Origin: Pecten maximus
Taxonomy: Eukaryota
Direction of reading: 5' to 3'
Length of the DNA stretch: 64,000 bases
NCBI RefSeq assembly: GCF_902652985.1
Contig: NC_047029.1
Location: 18,538,001 to 18,602,000, forward strand
The notes under the pieces are model-generated. The model searched no databases and was not told the origin of the DNA. It saw only the letters and a program-made list of their open reading frames with translations. Below are positions 44,201 to 56,200 of this stretch, piece by piece. Position 1 is the first letter of the stretch; each line of letters opens with the position of its first letter. Made by a program: the position numbers and the translations under genes.

Positions 44201-47200
44201 TAACATACTTTAGTCAGCAGAAACTTTTAAGATGATTTTACCTTAAAGTATCAGTAATAATTTTGTTGTACATTGTAGAAAGTTTGTTGATTAAACAGAA
44301 CTTATTCAGTAAACTTCTGTAAATTTTGTTTAAGAATCGGATATCATTGGCAATCAAAATTTCAACAATTTTCATTTTTTCCTTGCGATATTTCCAGATC
44401 AAATTCAACCTTCGTACTGTATAAATGTGATGACGGAGAATTTTACAGATACGTAGTAGTTTTGCTGATTCCGTTTGATCAGGATCATACTTACTTTTGC
44501 TATGAAAGCCATGCATTGGGCATCCGGGGAACCTAGATTTTCTCCTGTGGTACATCTTACCACTACGAAATCGAATCACGTCCATCTCAACAGGACACTG
44601 TGGTTATATATCACCGAAACCTTATCCACTTTTCACAAATACTACAATCGTAATATAATTCGTAAACTATTTTTCAATTATATATATTTTTTGCATTAAA
44701 AGATACTACATTATAAGATGCACAACAAATGATGTAAATCCAGAATAATTGTCGTCACTCCTGAACAAGAGAAAAACATATCATTGCTCATCAAATTACA
44801 CTGCCACCAATGCACAACACTTCACCATCCATCATGCATGAAATTCGACCGACATTCTGATACTTTTGTCATGAACCTTGCCGGAGAAATCCAACCAGTA
44901 ATATATTTCTGTATTGACGATCGAATATTTCCTGAATCAGTCTGCCCTTACATATACTATATATGTAACTGACAATCCCTGCGTACGTATGTCAGCTGAA
45001 TGGTGTTGGGATTATTCACAAAAGTAGGTGGCAAACGTGACGTTCATGCCTAGCTGACTTATATATAATATCCTGGGGCTAGAGGATTTACCTATCACAT
45101 GTAATACACACTAGCTTTTCTACACTACCTGTACAGGTGCATTTAGGACTGGAAATATCCTCATATTCTTTCACCGAATCTTTAACGATGAAATGAATTA
45201 AGTGACAGCTACAATTTAAACTTACCTTCAGAGACATGCATGAATATAATGAAGAATTGTGATGCAAATCTTCACTAATTAGCGGGATTTTTCACGGTCT
45301 GTTATTTCAATGTATATGAAATGTCTATGCATGTTACTGAATAATTCCATTTAATTTCAGAAGTAATATAATTCTGATTTCTCCAGACTAGCCCAGCTGT
45401 ATAATTAGGAACTTATATGCATGGAAGTATTCCCTTGAAGGACTGGTGTCCTGTTCATTACTGGTTATTTCATCATCAGAACAGCTATGGTACTGATAAT
45501 TAACAACCCATTGTCTAACAATTATATGAAGTTAATTGTCATCTCACTGGAATTTTACAAAAGCACTGTATTAATTAAATGCCTCATACCACAAATGAAA
45601 AATTAATAGTCTGGATATTTCTGTTTCCAATAAAAAATTTGAAAAACACTCCACATCACAGAGTAACGTCATATGGAATACCAAATTGTATTCATACGAG
45701 TGTAAAAACATAAGGCCGGTAAAAATACCTATTGTATCCCTTAATCTAACCATACATTTTAATGTCAATTGCGTCTAGAGAGTTGATACGTGATCACATA
45801 TCTTATATCTGTAGGAAAGGCCTATACCCAGACATACGCTCTGGACGGTAAAAATTGCTATACACATCCATTCAGTATGTCAATGAAACTCAGAAGTGCT
45901 CGAGTACCATCCACTTCGGGAGTATTTTTGGCCGTGATCGTTGAATCTCTGCCAATTTTTCATGGTTGTTTTCATGATATGTATTTGTCATGTATTTATG
46001 CTTTGGAAATAGTTTTGAATAACCTGTTTTGATCAGAAATAAGTGACGTCTTTAAATTTACATGTTAATAGGAGTTATCAAAACAAAGAATATTGTCTTA
46101 CTAAGCTGCAAGGACATAACTATCCCTTCAATGCTCAAAATTTTGGCATGTTTTTTTTTTTAAATAGTTAATCAAAATAATAGCTAATCACAGGAAGCAG
46201 ATATGTGCGAAATTCACAAATTTTGTTTTGTGTTGTAAAATTATACCTAGGCTCTGGTGTCTAACAATTTCTAAATAAAACAAGATAAAAAAACATTTAA
46301 TGATTCGTCACCTGAACATTTCTATTCTCAGTCAGAACAGAGAATGCATCAGTATTTTAAAGCGTAACCTTTTAGAACTTCTACACTACCATAGGGAGGC
46401 CTTTATTGTTGGTACTGAATTTGTCTTTTTAAATGTCCACCTAATGCTAAATGAGTTTCTGTGAGATCAATCTGTTCCCCGCCCCTTACGTCTGACTACC
46501 ACATAAAAACAACACAATTATATGTTACTGAAGCATCTAAAATTTAAATTTGTGTAGAAGCCATTTGATTACTTAAATGTCTAGTGGTCCTAAATGTTTA
46601 TTTTACAATTGTCAGACAAAATACAATCAGCACAAATTGATTCAAACTGTGTAACTGAAACTTTAATGTTAAACTTGTGGACTATAACTGCATAAAGAAT
46701 AATCGAGAGTAAAATAAGTTTATATAGTTATCTAAACTAACTCTGTTGTAAGTAATAATAAATATATATAGATACCTACAACTAACTTGGTTGTAAGGAA
46801 TAATAATAATATATAGATACCTGCAACTAACTTGGTTGTAAGTAATAATAATAATATATAGATACCTACAACTAACTTGGTTGTAAGTAATAATAAGTAT
46901 ATATAGATACCTACAACTAACTCTGTTGTAAGTAATAATAAGTATATATAGATACCTACAACTAACTCTGTTGTAAGCAATAATAATAATATATAGATAT
47001 CTACAATGATATACTGGGTAAAACTGAAAAAAAGAAAACAACTTTTAGAAGTGAAGAAAATTTGAACAAAATGTCACATCAACATAATTCAAAATGTAAG
47101 CTTACCAGGATTAAATCTCCCTTGTGACATGAAAGCAAACATCTTGAGATATTTTTCTTTACTCCAAACACTGAGACAGTGCACTTCTGTGCATGTCTTA

Positions 47201-50200
47201 AAGATAACAGACTGGCTGAAAAACGTGTGCAAACACTGCTAGTCCTCTGGTGTGTCAGAACTGCACTAAGCGTAAAACAGCTTTTTATGTCAGATAAACA
47301 AGCGAAACTCTACGCTGACGAATAGGATATCACTACTTGAAAAAGCTTGTCAGAATCACCAATCTGTGACGTAAATGGCTTTATTTACTAGAGCCATACA
47401 AAGCCTGAAGCTGCATGTTATAAACACCACAGGTCTCTTGGTCATGTGATGTGAAAATGTATTTGGCAGAACAAGCAACTGCTTATAAATGCAGAGTAAT
47501 ATATATATATACATATATAACAATACACAAAGTGTGTATATATATATATGTTGTGTGTGGATATACATTGGACCTTTAAATACCTTCAGCTGTTGGGCTA
47601 CGCATATTATATACCTCATTTACTGGTGCTTTTGTTTCCCTTAAAAATGCATTATAGAGGCTAGAAAATAAATGCCATTTTTTCTCCATTCACTACATAG
47701 GTGATTGTTATAGTTCTTGTCAATAACGTACCTGGGTGTTGTTTAATATTGGTGTGGATCAATGATGATATCTAATTATACTACGTCATTCAACCATGCC
47801 GAGTACCTATTATCGGAGTACCAATTATCGGAGTACCTATTATCGTATGGTGTGTGTCAATGACTCTCTCTCTCATTCATAGCAGTAAATATTTGATAGC
47901 TGACCACATTACACGGCTGTGTACGAGTTGAAAACAGGTATATAATGTACTTGATTATCATCGAGATAAATAAAACAAATCTACATTGAACTAAGATAGG
48001 TATAGGTCATGTGTAACATCATTTACATGAATATAACGTACATCTTACTAAAGCTGTTGTCTAACTTGATAGAAGATTTTCTTCAATGAATTATTACCTA
48101 GTAAGAATTATTTCACTTAATCCTCAGTTAATATGAAACTTACTTTAATCATACGTGTATTTGAAAAGGAGATGTGTTTTTAACTAACTGAAGATACAAA
48201 CCCAGTAAACTGATGTCGTTCGCTGACTATGTGTTAAAGAGTTTTCTCGTTAAGTCACACTGGGGTAGTAGGTTCAGTCTGAACTTAATATTTAATGTCA
48301 AATTAAAAACACTTGGTAAAAATCCCTTTACGTAACTTCATTGAAATGTAATAATTTTGACTTTTTGCATACCTGTTATATCATCTACCTTGATTAACGA
48401 CCCAAAAGTAAAGGGATGACAGGGCCCTGCAGTTGTTCCAAAGGCACTTCGGCTAATCACAATTTGAAAATCCTGATAAAATGATTTCTAGAGAAACTCT
48501 ATAGAACTCTTTAGTTTTTCCCTACCTGACTTTTCTAAGGATATACATATATAGGTTTTCATGTAAAGGGAAAATAAAATTTATAGTAATCAATTAATTA
48601 AGCTAATCACCTTTTGAACAACTGGGGGGGGGGGGGGGGGGCAGGTTGCAGGGAGAAGATTCTTAAGTTGCCTATCACCAGACTGGCTGAGTGTTTGGCA
48701 GCTAAAGTATCTTTCCTTGAGGGTTGAGAATTTGAGGTCCCTGTGTCAATCCCAAGGGGGTGAATAATCATTTGTCTCTTACACTCTTTACTTTCTATGT
48801 ATCTATAATATTGACATTCTCTTGATGTCATTAAATTGTCCTAATGATGTCATCGTACTGTATTGTTGCCATAATGTCATACAGTTATTGAGAACATGTA
48901 AAGGTCATATGTAGCTTGTCTCCAGAGTGAGAATCTCACACCAGTAAAATTGTGGCTATTCCTGCCCAAGGTGAGAGATGAATAAAATCTTATAGAAGTC
49001 TGTTCTGTTGACAGGAATATCTCAAACCCAATTTCTTACACACTACCGTTGAGATATAGAACAAACCCACGTTTATTATTTTTCTCATCGCATACTTACA
49101 AATAAACAAATTCCAGTCAGACAAAACATCAATCCAATCTGTTGGTCAAAAAGCCCTGAAGTTGAGGCAATTAGGGATTTTTTATTTACAACAATTATAT
49201 GACCTTATGGAAACAATAAAATGACATCACATGGAACGGAGAGGAAGATCGGCCTTCAGTTCAAAGTGCCTTTTGTTCTGAAACTGTCATGATCAATAAA
49301 CAATAGGATATATACATGTGATAACTTTACCTCACACCATATGATAACTTTACCTCACACCATGATAACTTTACCACACACCATATGATAACTTTACCTC
49401 ACACCATATGATAACTTTACCACACACCATATGATAACTTTACCTCACACCATATGATAACTTTACCACACACCATATGATAACTTTACCTCACACCATA
49501 TGATAACTTTACCACACACCATATGATAACTTTACCTCACACCATATGATAACTTTACCTCACACCATATAACTTTACCACACACCATATGATAACTTTA
49601 CCACACACCATATAACTTTACCACACACCATATAACTTTACCTCACACCATATAACTTTACCACACACCATATGATAACTTTACCTCACACCATATAACT
49701 TTACCACACACCATATGATAACTTTACCACACACCATATGATAACTTTACCACACACCATATGATAACTTTACCTCACACTATATGATAACTTTACCTCA
49801 CACCATATGATAACTTTACCTCACACCATATGATAACTTTACCACACACCATATGATAACTTTACCACACACCATATGATAACTTTACACACACCATATG
49901 ATAACTTTACCACACACCATATGATAACTTTACCACACACCATATGATAACTTTACCACACACCATATGATAACTTTACACACACCATATGATAACTTTA
50001 CCACACACCATATGATAACTTTACCTCACACCATATGATAACTTTACCTCACACCATATGATAACTTTACCACACACCATATGCTAACTTTACCTCACAC
50101 TATATGATAACTTTACCTCACACTATATGATAACTTTACCTCACACTATATGATAACTTTACCACACACCATATGATAACTTTACCACACACTATATGAT

Positions 50201-53200
50201 AACTTTACCTCACACCATGTGATAACTTTACTACACACTATATGATAACTTTACCTCACACCATGATAACTTTACCACACACCATATGATAACTTTACAC
50301 ACACCATATGATAACTTTACCTCACACCATATGATAACTTTACCACACACCATATGATAACTTTACCACACACCATATGATAACTTTACCACACACCATA
50401 TGATAACTTTACCACACACCATATGATAACTTTACCACACCATATGATAACTTTACCTCACACCATGATAACTTTACCTCACACCATATGATAACTTTAC
50501 CTCACACCATATGATAACTTTACCACACACCATATGATAACTTTACCTCACACCATATGATAACTTTACCACACACCATATGATAACTTTACCTCACACC
50601 ATATGATAACTTTACCTCACACCATGATAACTTTACCACACACCATATGATAACTTTACCTCACACCATGATAACTTTACCTCACACCATATGATAACTT
50701 TACCTCACACCATGATAACTTTACCTCACACCATATGATAACTTTACCACACACCATATGATAACTTTACCTCACACCATATGATAACTTTACCTCACAC
50801 CATATGATAACTTTACCTCACACCATGATAACTTTACCACACCATATGATAACTTTACCTCACACCATGATAACTTTACCTCACACCATATGATAACTTT
50901 ACCGCACACCATATGACGTACTACTATGTGTATAGGATTGTTTATCTATAGGTTCTATTATTTCACTTCTAACAAATTATTCTTAAAAATATATACACTG
51001 TACATTCAACTTCTGAAGAAATATGACAGTTTTTGTATTGTTATCAATGCTGTTAACATGTTTATTTGATAGACACATTCAGGCTGGAGTATCTAATTTC
51101 ATTAAAAACCATATAAAGAACAAAAAGAGACTATAAAGTTTTCAAAACAGATCTTTTTTTAAACAACTATCTATGAACATAGACAATTAATCCCCATAAC
51201 TGTATATCATCCTTTCTAGTGTTTTAATGGCGGTAAATAATCTTGTTTGATACAAAATACAACTCATGCGTAGAGATAATAGCCTCAATTATACCCTCAT
51301 TGCTTATCTTAAAAAACCACTTCCAATTGATAATTGTCACAAAGTGTCTGTTTTCTGTTAAATCACTTTCTCTTTGTTACACCAACAGTATAAAGTTATC
51401 AATTTTTATTACACATAATTTTTTGCTTGCACATTATAATTGTAGAATACTGTTCACATTATTTTCAAATGAAAAACCAATTTACATTTTCTCTGCTTAG
51501 ATTCTGACCTTTTATCTTACAAAAAAATATTTACATACAATACTTTATTGAATTTCTCAGTTATAACTTTTTTTGAGATATTGCATACATTGCATAACTG
51601 CTGTCTAACATAGACAGTTTCTATAGCACACTTACACATCAAGACTATTAATAGACCAATTATGCATGAATTGATACACAATTTGTGTCGATAACATCAA
51701 ATTATACATACTTTTTGAAACCCAACAGGATAATTTCATCAACACAATAATGCCAATTATTTTTTATCTTTCAACTAAAAAGAAGAATATACCAAACAGT
51801 TTTCAAGATAATAGTGTATTTGCATGCAAAACGGTATCCAATATCTCCTCAATTTTTAATACAATTGGAAATTTCACCTTACATGTTGCAAGAAATATGA
51901 TCAGTTTTCACAATAAATCAGTTTATCTATTCACTAGATACATCTCACTTAATAAATATGACCACAATCTGCATCCTCATTTATTTCATTTTATGTATAT
52001 TAAAGTAAAGATAGGAGAAATTTGCTGAATTAAATACCAATTTCCTAACAAAGTATTATACATGTATATATATATTCAGCAATGCAACATTAACTGGCCA
52101 CTATATATGGTAAACTCTCAATCTGATGCAGACCGTGCATACATATAAAATAAGTTCAGAAGTTCATATGTTTTATCTTCCTAAGGATACATGCTACGTG
52201 TACTTTCCAGTCATGTCTACCTGTGATTCTTTCATGGAGTTATCTCCCTTAGACAAGTTTGGTTTCTTACATTAAAACATATTTTGCATTACCTTGTTTC
52301 CTTAACTATCAACTTGAAGGCATTGTGTTATGTCTGTGTAACTGTATAGTTACCACACAACACATTATACTTGCAGTAATTATGAAAGAGTTAAGGGTAT
52401 ATGCTACCAAGTTACACATTGTACAAGTACTTTTTGATTGAGTTAAACTTTTGGTTTGGTTTGTTTTTGTTTAACATCCTATTAACAGCCAGGGTCATTT
52501 AAGGACGTGCCAGGTTTTGGAGGTGGAGGAAAGCCGGAGTACCCGGAGAAAAACCACCGGCCTACGGTCAGTACCTGGCAACTGCCCCACGTAGGTTTCG
52601 AACTCGCAACCCAGAGGTGGAGGGCTAGTGTTAAAGTGTCGGGACACCTTAACCACTCGGCAACCACGCCCTGATATATTAGACTATCCTGATATATTAG
52701 ACTATCCTGGTATATTAGACTATCCTGGTATATTAGACTATCCTGGTATATTAGACTATCCTGGTATATAAGACTATCCTAATTTATGGGTTTGATCATT
52801 TTACAAATTATCTATTTTGAGAATGTGCTATAATAAAATTTGCCAAAGTGTATGTAACAAAACCTGGTCAGGGCCATTTGTCTTCAATACAGTTCAGGGG
52901 GAAAACAAAACAACTATTAATTTGACACAAATTGGTTACTATTTTTACATCTATGAGGAAAACAAAAATATAATGAGATAGTATACAATGCTTGGTTATA
53001 CACAAGAATGGCTAATGACTCTCTATAACTTCTTTGATGAAAATCAGATACCAAATACGCTACCTTGTCAGATTGTCAATTATACCTGTTTGTTGTAATG
53101 AGTTTGATATATAGAGGATACAAGTCAGTCTAAGTGTGGTCCTTAGTAGTCAGAACATATTGATTTAATGCTGTATCTTTTATTACTGGTCCATCTATCA

Positions 53201-56200
53201 TAAAAGTTCAAACTAAGTCTTAATATATTAAATGTTCTAGAATTTCTAGCAATTCCTTTCAAATTTACATCAAGTGTATTATATTTTATCAATTAAAAAT
53301 ACTTTGCCCATCTGTTTTCTGCTGATACACATTTAATGTCCAGAAATGGATGTCCTTTTTAATAAACCAGAAACACCTTCATCTCAAATGTATAAAACAC
53401 GAAAATTAAATGGACTGTCTGTTTAACAAAATGTCCATTCTAACCAATTTTAAAAGGGCTCAATTGATTTTAATGGAAAAGCTGACTTTTGTAAACATAA
53501 GATAAAAGTTCTGCTATCTGTGTCACAATGACGTTACATCACGTTAATCAAGACTCACTCCAATGATCCTAGTTACCAGCTTTTGAATAATTGCACAACT
53601 TCAAATTGTATCAGAATCTGTAAATAAGGCCTTGACCACAAATAAAAGCCACACCACAAATATAAAACACACTCCCAACAAATAAAACCCATACAAAAAT
53701 GAGCCCCTGCCCACAAAAGAATTATACCAAAAATAAGCCCCTGCAACCCACAAATAAGTCCCTGTCCATATAAATAAAACCCTGGGCCCTGCCAACAAAA
53801 AAGCTTGGGCCAACAAATAAGCCCCGGCCTGCCCACAAAAAAAATCATACTAAAAATAAGCATCTACCCACAAATAAAACTCCTGCCCACAAATAAGCCC
53901 AAACAATAGAAAAACCCACAAATAAAACTGACACCATAAATAAACCCCTGTCCGCAAATAAAACCATTTCCCGAAATAAGCTCCTGCTCACAAATAAGCC
54001 CTTGTCCACATATAAGCCCCTGTCAACACATAAACTCTGTCCACAAATAAGCCCCTGTCCAAAAATAAGCCACTTTAAAAAACAAAGCCCACACCACAAA
54101 TAACCCCCTGCCAACAATGCATTTAAGGCCACTTCTTTATTTTTCCAGAATCATCGAAACACTGCCCCCCCCCCTCCCCACAAACTTTAATACTGCACTG
54201 TTAACTAGGAGGATGTGGCTTATCTGAGTATAAATACTGTATACATAGATAATTGGTAATATTGGCAAGGGAAACTTATCATAACCAAATTTATTCACCT
54301 TTAATGAAAGACTGTATATGGTAAAGCACTATATCCATTCTATATGAAGCTGCCATCAAAATGTTTTTACACACAATATATACCCAGACTTTACCAATGA
54401 AGAGTAATAAGCCAAAGGTTCAAACGGCTAAACAATAGCCACCGATAGACTATCGACAGAATTGTTACAGAGGACCAGAGCTATATACAATAACAAAGGT
54501 CGGCCATTTACGCTGCAATCTTCTCTTCAAATGGAACAGGAAGACAATTACCGTGAGAAGTACCATACCCCCTGCTGTGAGGAAGGTTATTATACCTATC
54601 TCTTGTATAATACATCCAGGTACAATGGATATATATAGTACAACAGATCGTTAACAGGTGTCATCCAGCTTTCAAATTTGTTTTCCTACCTTACATATAA
54701 ATGCACAGCCAATTATAGCAAAGAATCTACTTCAACTTTAACTGTAAACCAATTGAGGACGTTAGATATCAACATACACACCTGTATTGTATAGGTAATT
54801 TCAGTAAATATCAACATACACACCTGTATTGTATAGGTAATTTCAGTAAATATCAACATACACACCTGTATTGTATAGGTAATTTCAGCAGTCTGTTTAG
54901 TGAATTCCATTTCTTTATTACATAGAATGATATGATATAAGAATTATTATGTCAGTTTTTTCATGAGTTTAATTTCATCTGTATAAATGAAATTAAAGAC
55001 AAGAGGCTAAGAGGACCTGTATTGCCGACCTGGATACCTGGATATTGCAAAACACTCCCATTTAAGTAACAAATACTTTCCCAGAAGGACTAGAGAAGAA
55101 GATTTTTAAAGACAACCCCATTTTAAGCTATTTGGACATGTCCCATAAATTTCAAATCCAGATCCCTGTGTTCTAGTGATGTTCCATGTCAAGTTTAGTC
55201 AAAATTGGCCCAGTACTTTTGAAGGAGAAGATTTAAAATATATAAATACATAATTACATAACAAGTATACATATGCAATACTGAACCTATCATACCACTT
55301 TGACTCCTTGATCTCAGGTCCATAAATTTCATAAAAAAAGAGAAGAGAAGATGACCCCATGTTTTACCTATTTGGCCCCACCCATCATTCCCCTCAAGGC
55401 ACAGTCCCTATATATAAATTCCATGTGGACTTTAAAACACAGATTAAAGATCCATGCAGCACTTTAGTAGAAATAGCGGTAAGAAGAATTGTTATGGATG
55501 ACGGATGATGGTTCATCTGATGAGGTTGGGCTAAAAACCGGACAGATGAATTCAAGTTCATCTGATGATGCTGGGCTAAAAGGTCGACAGATGAGGTTCA
55601 TCTGATGATTTTGGGTTAAAAGCCGGACAGATAAAGTTAATCTGATGATTTTGGGTTAAAGCTACCGGCTCCACACAACTTGAACGTTCTAACATCGAGT
55701 AACAAATGCTTTCATAGGAAAATCAGCAAATTACAGTGCAACAGATATCCTGATAGATGGATGTTTTATTACAATAGTTGTCTGTGATCAGTTTGAAAGT
55801 GAAACGAGAATTATATTGAGGCCTATAATATCATGGTAAATATGAAGATAAAATATGACATATCATTAATGTAGGTAATAAATTGTTGCCATACATTTTT
55901 CATTTCAACCGTTACACAAAATATTTGTGCATTAAATTTGGTATTTGTTTTTTTTCCATCCTCCAGGGTATTTGTACACTAAGTCAAACCATTGGTCTAG
56001 GGTTTTAAGTTCCAGTTTATAAAGGGCATATATATATATATATTGCTATTTTTGTTCATATCATAATGCTTTTATAAAACATTTTTCTCTGGAAAACAGA
56101 ATACCATAACTATCTAGATCCATTTTATCTAGGTATTAATGAGATTTTATTAGACATCCAACATCCAAAACACTCCTGTTGAAATTGATTCCAAATGCAA

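Noticed and set aside
45226-45241. Another alternative first exon (MHVSE-G|gtaagt, phase 1)
   Set aside because: Strong donor, but only 5 codons, no promoter evidence, and it lies in the decayed island; plausible by chance.
52590-52671. tRNA gene
   Set aside because: A and B boxes are present but continue into a SINE body and tail; no proper cloverleaf.
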